A stretch of 64,000 nt of DNA from an uncultured Clostridia bacterium (GCA_944372585.1 CALVZQ010000002.1:31425-95424); one strand, 5' to 3'. Positions 32,401 to 36,565 are shown, counted from the stretch's first letter. Notes: generated by a model from the letters alone, not told the origin. Made by a program: numbers and translations.

Positions 32401-33386
32401 CTTCCAACAAGTCCTCCCAGTTCACTTCTGGTGCTTCCTGTGTTTGGAGCATTTGATATGTTTGCAACGGTATATGAATTTGCAATGGTGGTTTTTCTGT
32501 TTCTACTTTCACCTGCAGCATATCCCATCAATCCACCAATATATCTGTTGGCAGAAGTTGAACGAATTGTCAAATCACCATCATAATTGAATTTATCAAG
32601 TGAAGAAGCATTAACGGTCCCTGCAAAACCACCAACTCTTATTGCACTTGCTCTTATTGAACTGATATTTATGTCGACCTCACTTTTGCAAGTTTCAATA
32701 TTTACTCTTTCAGCATCACCAACAAATCCTCCAATATGAAAAACAGAAGATGTTGATCCCGAACCAGAAATAGTCAGACTTCCTTCGGCCGAGCAATTGT
32801 AAAAATATGAATATTCAAAATTTTTATCTGAAACCCCAGTGTTGTTGAAATAGCCCACCATGCTGCCGATATAATAGTTGCTTAGTGAAGAGGAAATTCC
32901 AATGTTGATGTTGACATCTTTAAGATGAAGATTGCTTATTCTTGAATAATCGGTCAAACTACCAAAAAAACCAACATATCCAGAATTGTCATTTTTGATT
33001 GACATATTGAAGATTGAATAACCCTGTCCATAAAACAAACCTTGAAATTTGCTTGTGGAATTGCCAATAGGAGTCCACTCTTTATTGTCCAAATCAATGT
33101 CAGTCTCAAGATAAACAGTCTTATCCCTATAACTTGTGCCATTATTGACACTATATGCAAAATAAGAGAGTCCACGAGCACTTCTTATGTAAAAAGTATT
33201 TTCGTTCAAATTGTACCAATCACTATCTTCCAATTGGTTTTCATCTGTGACAGTTTGTCCCGTCCAAACACTTGCATCATGACTGACAGCATCTGCAGTG
33301 TCCGATACAGAATTAAAACAACAAAGAGTCGAACCAAACCCAAAAAGCAAAACAAACAAACTAAACAAAATTGATTTCCTTTTCAT
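14466..33386 (-). CDS. giant secreted cell-surface protein (6,306 aa) with C-terminal TM anchor. A mosaic of GLUG-like beta-helix, MBG/YDG-like and Listeria-Bacteroides-repeat-like modules
   Basis: Uninterrupted 18.9-kb ORF. Start trimmed from TTG 33458 to ATG 33386, which has GGGAG 6 nt upstream and begins a signal peptide (MKRKSILFSLFVLLFGFGSTLCC). The TTG extension overlaps the predicted promoter. Confidence 0.9.
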   Translation of the reverse strand: MKRKSILFSLFVLLFGFGSTLCCFNSVSDTADAVSHDASVWTGQTVTDENQLEDSDWYNLNENTFYIRSARGLSYFAYSVNNGTSYRDKTVYLETDIDLDNKEWTPIGNSTSKFQGLFYGQGYSIFNMSIKNDNSGYVGFFGSLTDYSRISNLHLKDVNINIGISSSLSNYYIGSMVGYFNNTGVSDKNFEYSYFYNCSAEGSLTISGSGSTSSVFHIGGFVGDAERVNIETCKSEVDINISSIRASAIRVGGFAGTVNASSLDKFNYDGDLTIRSTSANRYIGGLMGYAAGESRNRKTTIANSYTVANISNAPNTGSTRSELGGLVGRVNNEYFSVNNFYHVGDIDGGSSGDGYGKYLGGIVAYFNSASSTNTTLTDSFHIGSLKFGSYVCSTNETYGNGVARYLYYLDSNLSESRTPTATCLYYDVNQKIAGSSDISSQIVNLDQLARTEGFYGSERYWTSTNSWDFSSESLIWGISSSVNGGYPYLVQNNRLGSANNDNEYSNDSVLEGQGTAESPYLIRTAGDLGYVSFNHKRGAYYALQNNIDLIGRTWQPIGGVGNPFSGVFDGNGYTIYNMTCSLQEQFSYHGLFGNTSNAVIKNLNIQNVRYINQGQVGTGYVGTFVAYASGDTYLINCTDNLYGQASGTLGDGSKVYAVGRVARNAKIYVFYGSNSIDYTGQLIVNDGFYGYIDLSGTRSTSASNQATIYYGYDIELNGNGGTFYDASKTTYKGVHQILLLPRNELDRSEPIVSGIVNCDILDISDIDSTFGLSLPQLSHLFGKSDVIIKDGGFKASYYKYSSDTSGAAYSNPSQDPYNLHTLQDDAEEVKTLNVNFSYKPLLGFDVIWRNYGFDPNDPDGVDINSAFRVKVIYNRYEQDNFDISSIDYHSTSDVKIDSNGDVYKIFYLKYDSFLSDYPEIFVVPDYVDENGEVAPLRDGSFDIKGIYQSYKNSRFSEQIINSADVSGNDDVLLASEILVNSTFADAELTDQGVYLVNLYAEWEGLEKDDEDKFKLTLNFSTDQNTFAGKLDVASVVETLSLSFGGNAVNDETTYAIVENNVANFYFDTMYSDRVDNYIQLGIKLKTGYTFSGELTFDEEEYLNNIDTNFGNLKRSSNSSYYVYNEVAYTNQRTVQFFNLCYDFSINIIIQRARVNNSINVGEGVYFGLSPMVSGWSNVSMLNFQSNSFVSLQSMVDDQQKDEEGNTIRNSYISSVNTNAENQYIGFDYFKKRVMTSNSIYDSFEVAEGQYINSGRAIFRYDFNNNSSRYYLYEEQVEEIEEDGQMIERNVVYLYEIDFQSSGAYSKTDELVSIVYKNSYQYILRHYSYSTFAFIFSTDTTTTEFDDVTMLNNLNSATGSSYTREIKRNPESNHLTKILMTFEDLLYLVDIYNRAIEPIEISTIYTQALFAFRTMYLNSAGEVVEFGSDGAPPVTQKPILSITSEIYAVTTDSSFEVSVTSSRYYRFFANRGSSSVTGNEDNGSIILYNAENYPGSTTVQETTDSFNVQINVSNANTVPDIEDEELADQLNREYENEFNTFNGRYFETSVSVEKGNWIYNELNHLEYQDDVYTLTFSYSSSENVAGLQPGYYEMTIVCTDVLYDMASSTKFVDADVDVEDLDNNGNNVDGLKELVDEEASGIVTSISVNNTAYSANQPTIKYEDEIAIETHMTDNLAYEFWGWFVQGSNYSSYIQKNGYLPSSPTESNVATWNFEYFSQYFVTDGMTNYNENYQEVNPYNITITAIYQKKQTMVTLSNQVIVYEEDGSMTEGSYNAASLGLGFQIQMDSTFAENGSSLTNQLSYKYLSTDQSSGEITQLTNFKFIMAGSNANGYYLSGFRLYRQDGTIANDVFGESIESVSNKGVDLSADSEYSIDLYAKIKALMEDGQTDLIYEFSITPIVRQKTATVTFHSGTGTSEYGDMKNGQVFDINETETTETYFTTTEIYYGSMLYLNYSLSGYINDEDSLQNVVVDELFYNRTGYTRLSNGYWQSTGGELLNGSLLELSTIYFDNVDTFEEIHFYRLWQPNTYMITFEPNGGVFVGTDTIILSTTYDSNVLIYGSQELNSANLGSLTDITNITKLGYQDVGWSLDGDNNTEGRIVFDNSLGLIVGETYSLFDEEGNYIFAGNSVVYAVWVESPYTIKIMLNSANSYALQGQENDIPTESQKEFGLEFNIRYGATFENLFIGDNEAQKIKISELVPEREGYTFAGIFAVGQSRREAITDSSVFSTNVLSCSQTMSEDIVLTLYVSWIFDISYLSLELEDNTLPSLTYNGQQHTVYLAEYFKNGHSENGYVITLDENGQDMSIGLSQDMNSSISLTLTSNTANVDSLGGLSFGVRNVGNYVVNLNIIVSDDANYLNLGNVFETNYEFSISVQEANIRTEITNLVYLQNIKRIMAPFINDEFNLELASCVSLDSFTSLMKTKDATITGEVNDELNMQIYQYTMFKYFMLLDSNNGANHKLYKEWTFADYLEFMSDETNSENVANTVSNLNYFAFYDYANTENVVEIDGYDDLRLVSDHVQNVSLEIAIDRVVILSGTVSLVRPKNMYQMRVYLTDVVANTNNIENYDVQFDSDGDAYISTEVAYVLPQPLQIANLEETKSAYYQEGIENREVEWAGNRENIQYNGETLYLIENGIYVSADLFTSTGGDYYTDTVFSFTNDQNYLYFDNVSIVMETVDGATMSYTDISTYFKLILEENDIFTILNTDGIANVVVSAYYLTTENNMTSFELVDETLATEILRITRVYFNVDGTEESVYEAEGLEIGAYSSNGVMIYEIRENNANEVSIMLGPNVTKVVFAVESLDISEYISLYKWTDIEQYYVDGTMESSNSMTLDMSLVESTEDGLNELSYYAIFTDLVLVNYNLNFPSGYGEDVEDTSIMKLGEATANDLAIPHVNGLNASSLTVKSPTGEILDYTEIFLGEDLGNGRTYVGITEETKHAVVTIDVKWEVSQIEYAQILQEYKTAVNSFSSLAVTDIVLIYNENNGVYDYSYVWYFNDQQISTDQVMRLEGQGSYEESGNYRLVITATLNPEYYVSLEDASKTSTQIELTFSLQFVRHLLDSVTLPDAETTVKTYDGMEHLTDWSVEIDYFVFNRYSDDYEDEVTTEQLYYVTTGSVYFKIFFNGGEVSSMRNAGEYRIMVCFDEGIFDTSGVDSSNLEFIYTINAASVDLSEFDFSESKQFNSVEPSLRREIHLSNENVTIQLRRDAGEDVGEYYLYFEDIIQTYKSNYTFTFGDTVIFENGTLTDDASTTSIGLFTITSSGTLRLSYQITEQNPATVSAEYSDEGYSLKLTEDFKLQIYCGTELFKEFALNLFDVSSGANISSSEVLNILKTKILDLQPRLFNSENYETAYDSMTYTYNFVMGEEISKYFTNVEFVSGYSFTINSIIIDISNFVFEKTYDGETTVYVDTTGAEIDLDTYSGAYITAVYSTAHAGEDIRVDLSLQRKNSDVNLTNYSLSSNFVFGTINKLSATMTFALNKDTYTYGEVSVNNVSNLIGSYTVTNSQNEGITDLLVSGYFTISYSLPDDVKTNEKGFLYKGNYTINVNAEFQDFDMTINNPSFEIEALQYTRQISPNYIQITVLDKIQEYYEDVVTIQSTGDVITLKLFAENLVVGQTASMGNYDLLIVSGSETFLDGSIVVSVNEENNGLQVLNAETTVYVRIDDETILTNNTYNGQNYFVQGDVSKTIRVSNETTSKSSTLSFFLKEANESGEIVENSIASENVNFSELTIVFEEGNAQISDAGSYKLNIFATCAEYTNVVFAEDYYLSIDPVTVNISQFTFEKEYDGTTIYTISEFNEKISGDTVSILVQFDSAAADTGKTVALYLSGMDMNNYELSASTGVGTINKATAVVELVSTEVEYGEVSLTQPLAYTVKVDGANLLSSQYSLMLDIENAQYSSADYLNVGTYNVIMTSQSSTNYTLVFNPVELIVNKRDISIVLSVNGEFSAEFNSPEALSSKFTCNYMTELYETIQVEMTRTGGTSVGYYKVLSGESKDTNYNVVSVVDNSLLGAFRITPVRERLYLLLSEEVSVSASSGGDIATITYDGNLYDTILIEERAENSGVYRLVFTNSENTSVRQQFDLNFYTYDSSTLTYNFADVTVEGLTSTIQFLYPTTVRNVGTYQIYSSGTTSESYEVKMGKEGEIYCFYLTIAKRELYFTNAQLSKIFDNKDAVFEYADANEVLTGIVENEEMSLNISFKQNGEIVKYVGTGYTVEAEIVGETISNYNLNMSSEDGTVVSASIERADMSFIINSQSYTYGDDFELKYKYQTEVDLTGYDVSRLGIQLVAPDISSYYSTSNALKVGEYDMILIFSAQDFKIGGYIIDNVEQDELTAKLIITPKELQLVEKDVSLQDIFTKTYDETNEVKITDEQGGLLFDVSGINQSEEGDVDSVQVLSARYVNEYVGQAIQINFELTGEDSDNYVISPWMYGVIKAIMVGIEFDYHADGEDVTSNVDDNQLPTLSQLAFPFMSTSYLTANSASSSTNSVKNFPTSLTGKTGFAFLNWTLKFENIVNGSDELVYLEDLVQTYALVKDYDGSTYSVVVGNDENTVRFLNALLTDENDLLGYYYKNHSDLNFVFNANWNTNQYRITIVLADENGNNASYGSVVIDDGDPSTENSVVTTNFLGDFDYDSTLTLRAIPNEHCYFAGFYDSEGRRYTGTEPFISIVSDGETEVFTITNVRQTYNLVVRFAIQKVNVILDLQEHADAIIESSDFEDIGNSQYQWETDYLTLQDMYLSDLPNILKTGFEIVSYSTSTETVEKSAFESTNITTLLPNSDDESMTLTLKPNLEEIGVVVTLDYGFDGITQQISVPFGQAYQTAVGWVENPMREGHIFDGWFDSSEQRVYGGDVLTSTEPHTLTAHWSIDNYVLELISPYATISEANITFVKSNSSYIANDVPYNIEITFKVTPINGYEISSAWSQGFDVVINADKTANVKFTMPAENVSYQLPVVAVRNTVTIQGEHLASVVAYDVTEEETEIDITNNQFRVETGRTFRLIISAETGYAVADITFEGDSVLRVDKNVENGILTATVEGISNDLTAYVSVTENENQIAISFEDPSVVESIEVAGRTYNTINELPMFTAKTGSTFSFYVKFDHGYAFGSYECDDFDVEYQLIETGAYIDNYLFELSAINSSGEIVISHTLARFTINMQVVSFNENQEMVDIPGNVAFVEGETQAEVEYNSVVTLTYQAEELYNFAGWSKDGTNLFSTEATLEYTVTQDETIYAIFSTLKFDIQFATYNYYTIYDEYNDPNRTEIVYTEISGGRYFDSDTGREIAGIELYYGSNKTITFRVPTGYMYYGYGFRNGERFEYIEIQESNEEEVEVEISSLLLDENIVDFKLYIVVKAYSLSIEFETKIDIDGAREEDVDVGYIALQDSNGNDVNRYGYVEGTRIHYMENSFVDGQVVSNKNFEVMAYTGDIIYLKVMTLKEGYRFSNIVANRQDVLISKLQETEDYLFFEISGLVGGTEELYFEVLFKPTVNVINLLFTDDDIQVEGGAFTFNITEENRNKVWTSGREYSAVVVSAYTDSYFEVNALIRAGYIVDGDNLQIVDSGNIIVPNSVTYQSLNVAESGYTGKITFRVANYLGVSSIVIEVNPLSYSVALMEDTNLLATIDNVNFNSVLNLTQYNADNITIFDERIYFLNGKLKVDLQKDQHNFEGYFTYQNGAGVQYIDSQGNAVNAWQESGYVLNLLTSKYELSENASIDPETGVITIKLYLYWSYLKTRISFEFVPDVRTGYTAQDMISGIDFSNSWFYETAPLYIEVSFNTDIHITAPEIEGYRFYKFVISQKNANGIWLTDVTSFSNDIPWSTNEYDRIVECRIQVIYFAKVEVTIFGGEGSFNLYQESSDNQAILLLNEGYVDTTKEFNIEAVAGEGYEFLRWENSDDGSFSFDKTLKMTITQKTNLVMSLQGVTVTLNFEAYDTTFGQITNLRVQSLDNSYNTYRLGGYSGDEFLKTLTQVDVRVGDKLTFVLSVDFGFAVVWNRAEISFVEYTGNMYYFAMSVPSDCAGQTLEIIPTFQDEILAVYISRDFIETDISDIAIDYNNINLAGYTTFNGQRVDFVSCDEGQEIRIVTVTNARYEIDNIIIRNYDRAYENMNEFYSEDGIIILTTDFMEQNNIVGNVQIQIEYRRELWEEELLAVNSFEGRGTSGDPYQIWSVEDLILMMTYVNGGNLNSEGIRYKDCYFILMEDLQLTSKFWTPIGTEENSFNGHFNFNNHKINGIYTAYFYDPVHYNGLFGVLGFNAQIVEKTESIWYIYLIIGLLLLLIIILIILILLSRKRKRQREELSKR
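14469..14585 (-). other. C-terminal TM helix plus polybasic tail (membrane anchor) of giant protein 1
   Basis: IWYIYLIIGLLLLLIIILIILILL followed by SRKRKRQREELSKR and a stop. No LPXTG-like motif precedes it. Confidence 0.8.
15650..19650 (-). other. region rich in Listeria-Bacteroides (Flg_new/InlB B-repeat)-like modules
   Basis: Signatures G-[YHF]-x-F-x-G-W/F such as REGHIFDGWFDSSEQRVYGG (about 18845-18876), NFAGWSKDGTNLF (about 17739-17766), YEFLRWENSDDG (about 15690-15720), HCYFAGFYDSEGRRY. An additional copy YMITFEPNGG...GYQDVGWSLDG lies near 27290. Boundaries approximate. Confidence 0.5.
20050..26600 (-). other. central array of at least 8 divergent MBG/YDG-like modules
   Basis: Recurrent (T/K)-Y-(D/N)-G...N-Y-x-L...G-T-I-N-K patterns. 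Examples: FEKTYDGETTVY...NYSLSSNFVFGTINKLSATM (about 22944-22979), FEKEYDGTTIY...NYELSASTGVGTINKATAVV (about 21810-21839), LTYNGQQHTV (about 26546-26580). Boundaries approximate. Confidence 0.5.
31360..33200 (-). other. N-terminal head: two W-x-P-I-G...F-x-G-x-F-x-G-x-G-Y-x-I-x-N-M modules with about 7 GG[FLI][VAM]G (GLUG-like) repeats
   Basis: WTPIGNSTSKFQGLFYGQGYSIFNM, then IGGFVGDA, VGGFAGTV, IGGLMGYA, LGGLVGRV, LGGIVAYF. Second module GQGTAESPYLIRTAGDL...WQPIGGVGNPFSGVFDGNGYTIYNM (the EGQGTAESPY coding sequence is at about 31830-31860). Boundaries approximate. Confidence 0.6.
33288..33386 (-). other. Sec-type signal peptide of giant protein 1
   Basis: MKRKSILFSLFVLLFGFGSTLCCFNSVSDTADA: basic n-region, hydrophobic core, A-x-A-like end. 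STLC is not a good lipobox. Confidence 0.7.
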
Positions 33387-33429
33387 ATCATTCTCCCTTG
33401 ATTTTATGCAACCAAACAAATTCAAAAAT

Positions 33430-33458
33430 ATTATACTAAATTTTCTAGGAGTAAGCAA
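33430..33458 (-). promoter_or_regulatory. sigma-A-type promoter of giant gene 1: TTGCTT-17 nt-TATAAT
   Basis: Revcomp of 33453-33458 is TTGCTT and revcomp of 33430-33435 is TATAAT, with an exact 17-nt spacer. Predicted leader of about 37 nt to ATG 33386. Confidence 0.6.
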
Positions 33459-33609
33459 ATATTTTTTCTGGAATTATATTATTTAATATATATAATTACC
33501 GCAAGTTTTAAACATCATTTGAATCAATCAAAAGACAAAAATCAAATTCAAAAACATGTGCAAAATACAAATTTTTTGTTTTTTCAGAAACACAAATTAT
33601 AAAAATATG

Positions 33610-33677
33610 AAAAAATGCAAAAAAATACGTATTTTTTCAATTTTTAACGAATTTTTACGTATTTTTTTGCATTTTTT
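33610..33677. repeat. perfect 21-bp AT-rich inverted repeat (26-nt spacer) overlapping the trpS stop codon; probable trpS terminator or insulator hairpin
   Basis: 33610-33630 AAAAAATGCAAAAAAATACGT is the exact reverse complement of 33657-33677 ACGTATTTTTTTGCATTTTTT. On the minus strand a U-rich tract follows. Confidence 0.8.
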
Positions 33678-34734
33678 ATTTTTTTAAAAATTTTGAATAA
33701 TCAATACCCATTGCTTCTTTCATTCTGTTCAAAGTTTCAGATGCAACTTCTCTTGCCTTTTTGCCATTTTCAAAAAGCATTTCATAAATAGAATCAATGT
33801 CATTTTCAAGTTCTTTTCTTTTCATTCTTATTGGTTCCAGCAACTCTTGCAAAATGTTGTTTAAAAACATTTTGATTTTCACGTCACCCAAACCACCTTT
33901 TCTGTAATGTGCCTTCAATTCTTCCAAATTTTTATATTCTGGCAAAAACTTTTTGAATGATTCATCAGTGGAGAAAGCATCAAGATAAGAAAACACAACA
34001 TTTCCTTCAACTTTGCCAGGATCAGAAATTTTTATGTGTCCTGGATCTGTGTATGCATTCATGACTTTCTGTTTTATCACATCTGGCTCATCTTTCAGAT
34101 AAATACAATTCCCGGCCGATTTGCTCATTTTCAAGTTTCCATCTGTCCCAGACAATCTCCTGCAAACTTTGTTGTCAGGAATCAATGGTTCTGGCATTGT
34201 GAAGATTTCTTTTCCATAAGTGTTGTGAAAACTTCTCACAATTTCTCTGGTTTGTTCAATCATAGGCAACTGGTCTTCTCCAACAGGAACAATGTTTGTG
34301 TTGAATGCCAAAATATCTGACGCTTGACTGATCGGGTAACACAAAAATCCGACAGGCATTGAGTTTTGAAATCCTCTTTGCTTGATTTCGTCCTTGATTG
34401 TCGGATTTCTCCCCAATCTTGCGACCGTAACCAAATTCATGAAATACATAGTCATTTCTGCAAGTTCAGGGACCTGTGATTGTATGAAAATATTGACTTT
34501 TTTTGGATCTATTCCTGCAGACAGATAATCTATTGCAACTTGAATTATATTATTTTTCACCTTATCGACATTCTCCGCATTATCAGTCAAGGCTTGAGTG
34601 TCGGCAATCATGATATAAAACTTATCAAATTCACCTTCATTTTGCAATTTCAATCTGTTTGCAACAGATCCCACATAATGCCCAATGTGCAAATTCCCAG
34701 TCGGTCTGTCACCTGTTAAAATTATTTTTTTCAT
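33676..34734 (-). CDS. trpS: tryptophan--tRNA ligase (352 aa)
   Basis: TGDRPTGNLHIGHYVG (HIGH) and KMSKS motifs. Start trimmed from TTG 34746 to ATG 34734 (GGAGAG upstream). Confidence 0.95.
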   Translation of the reverse strand: MKKIILTGDRPTGNLHIGHYVGSVANRLKLQNEGEFDKFYIMIADTQALTDNAENVDKVKNNIIQVAIDYLSAGIDPKKVNIFIQSQVPELAEMTMYFMNLVTVARLGRNPTIKDEIKQRGFQNSMPVGFLCYPISQASDILAFNTNIVPVGEDQLPMIEQTREIVRSFHNTYGKEIFTMPEPLIPDNKVCRRLSGTDGNLKMSKSAGNCIYLKDEPDVIKQKVMNAYTDPGHIKISDPGKVEGNVVFSYLDAFSTDESFKKFLPEYKNLEELKAHYRKGGLGDVKIKMFLNNILQELLEPIRMKRKELENDIDSIYEMLFENGKKAREVASETLNRMKEAMGIDYSKFLKK

Positions 34735-34933
34735 TTTTCTCTCCAATTAACAAAAAATATATCAAAAAAATTAGACTTTTAATAAAAAATATTAAAGAAT
34801 TTAATAATTTTCATTATTTAATGCATTTTTTCCTTTGAAAAATCAATATATTTAAGCATTTTTATTTATTTTTTGCAAAAAACTCTATATAAAAATTTTC
34901 AAAAAATAAGAAAAAATATTATTTTTATCAATT

Positions 34934-36565
34934 TTAAGCAAATTCTGCCATTCTTGCAAGGACCTGTTTCTCTCCAAGCAAAGTCATAATTTCAAACAAA
35001 TCAGGCGAATTTTTATGTCCAGTGATTGCCACCCTTATATATTCACAAACTGTTGCAACATTGCCCTTAAACTTTTCTGGATTTTCTTTGAATTCTTTGT
35101 TGTCAATTGCATACCCCAATTTTTCCGCCATTTTTTTGATATTATCAAACCAAATTTCTTTTGATGTCAAATTTAGATATTTTTTATATTCTCTCAACAC
35201 TTGTTCAAAGTCCTTTCGATGTTCTTCATCAATCTCAAATTTTTTAGGCGCACTAAACATATAATCAAACAATTCAAAGAACATGCTCCATTTGTAGATA
35301 TCTTTTCTCGGTTTAGGTTTTTCTCTGTCGATGTTTAAAACTTTTGTCACATATTCTCTGTCCTTGACCAAATAATCAACATTCTCCAACGAATATTCTC
35401 TCGCCCATGCAAGCAATTGCGAATAACATTCTTCAGCAGTATAATGCGAAATTATTTCTTTTGACACGTCATTAAGTTTGACAAAATCAAAAATAGGTGT
35501 GTTTGCCGTGATGTTGAAGCCATCAAACGGAAATTCAGAAATGCTTGCATCTTTATGTTTTGCCCGCCAAATCTCAAAATTGGAGTTTATCAAATTCATT
35601 AAATATTCAATGATTGCTTGCTTGTCATAACCCTCTTTATCAAAATATCTCATGTCTGCTTCAGGATGTTTTCTTTTGGATATCTTGATTTTGTTTCCTT
35701 TGTCGTTAAATTTATAGATCAATGGCGTGTGGATATACTTTAGCTGTTTAAATCCCAATGCATCAAAAATTTCTTTATGCAAAGGATATGACGGCAACCA
35801 TTCCTCTCCACGAACAACAACGGTGGTTCCCATAAGTGTGTCATCAATTGCATGTGCAAAGTGATATGTTGGCATCAAATCATTCTTCAGCAAAATGGCA
35901 TCAGAAGCATTTTCGATGATTTCCACATCTCCTTTGGAACCATCATGAAACTTGATTTTTTTGGTTCCATCACCTTGCGTTTTCAATCGAATCGCAAACT
36001 TTTTCCCGTCTTTTAAATATTGTTCAATCTGTTCAAAGGTCAAATTTCTGCAAGGATCTTTGTCTTCGTTTATTCCGACTGCAAACTTCTTCTCTCTCTT
36101 TTCTTTGACATCATTCAACCCTTCTGTTTTTCGACAAAAGCAAGGAAAAGCCTTGCCTTCGGCAACCAATTTTTTTGCATATGCCTTATAAATTTCCTGA
36201 CGTTCGCTTTGATAATAAGGACCATAATCACCAACAGTAACTCCACCTTTCAATTGATATTCATCAGGTGTGAGACCATATTCGTTCAAAATATTCATGA
36301 TTATAGAACTTGCACCAGTGATTTCTCTTTTGTTGTCAGTATCTTCAATTCTTAGATAAAACACACCTTTGCTACGCTTTGCAATGTTAAAATCAATCAA
36401 TGCCTGAAAAAATCCACCCAGATGCATATATCCTGTTGGACTTGGAGCAAATCTCGTCACAAAAGCTCCTTCTGGCAGTTGCCTTTTTGGATATTTTTTT
36501 TCAATTTCTTCAACTCTCATTTTGTTGTCTGGAAACAACAACTCTGCCAACTTTTTATTATCCAT
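34934..36565 (-). CDS. gltX: glutamate--tRNA ligase (long 543-aa form)
   Basis: RFAPSPTGYMHLGG (HIGH-type), LRIEDTD, VVRGEEW and KISKRK (KMSKS-type) motifs. AAAGGAGAA RBS. Confidence 0.88.
   Translation of the reverse strand: MDNKKLAELLFPDNKMRVEEIEKKYPKRQLPEGAFVTRFAPSPTGYMHLGGFFQALIDFNIAKRSKGVFYLRIEDTDNKREITGASSIIMNILNEYGLTPDEYQLKGGVTVGDYGPYYQSERQEIYKAYAKKLVAEGKAFPCFCRKTEGLNDVKEKREKKFAVGINEDKDPCRNLTFEQIEQYLKDGKKFAIRLKTQGDGTKKIKFHDGSKGDVEIIENASDAILLKNDLMPTYHFAHAIDDTLMGTTVVVRGEEWLPSYPLHKEIFDALGFKQLKYIHTPLIYKFNDKGNKIKISKRKHPEADMRYFDKEGYDKQAIIEYLMNLINSNFEIWRAKHKDASISEFPFDGFNITANTPIFDFVKLNDVSKEIISHYTAEECYSQLLAWAREYSLENVDYLVKDREYVTKVLNIDREKPKPRKDIYKWSMFFELFDYMFSAPKKFEIDEEHRKDFEQVLREYKKYLNLTSKEIWFDNIKKMAEKLGYAIDNKEFKENPEKFKGNVATVCEYIRVAITGHKNSPDLFEIMTLLGEKQVLARMAEFA

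Noticed and set aside
33387-33458. N-terminal extensions in the ORF track: giant 1 to 33458, typA to 42233, pflA to 58848, the lipoprotein to 37762, the ABC subunit to 63656, trpS to 34746, and others.
   Set aside because: The extensions start at TTG, GTG or distant ATG codons and lack an SD. They overlap upstream stop codons or predicted promoters. Internal ATGs have strong GGAGG-type sites and give canonical N-termini (signal peptides, G-domain, radical-SAM start).
33510-33519. A shared 10-mer AATGATGTTT (minus strand) upstream of both giant genes, at 33510-33519 and 54970-54979. Each opens a mini-ORF: MMFKTCGNYIY and MMFGSIFEIC.
   Set aside because: My rough expectation for chance 10-mer matches between two AT-rich spacers of about 300 nt is several, so the match is not significant. 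The mini-ORFs have no SD, share only MMF, and lie upstream of the predicted promoters.
33610-33677. The possibility that the inverted repeats upstream of the giant genes are invertons (phase-variable invertible promoters), or that A/T tracts act as slipped-strand switches.
   Set aside because: The repeat arms flank only 24-26 nt, too short to hold a promoter, and the predicted promoters lie outside them. No site-specific recombinase gene is in the window. The longest homopolymers are 7 nt, and none is placed between the -35 and -10 or early in the coding sequence.
34934-36565. The 543-aa GluRS as a possible GlnRS or a paralogous glutamyl-queuosine-type enzyme.
   Set aside because: The catalytic-core motifs (RFAPSPTGYMHLGG, LRIEDTD, VVRGEEW, KISKRK) and a full-length anticodon-binding C-terminal region fit a bacterial GluRS. 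The extra length alone is not evidence for a different specificity.
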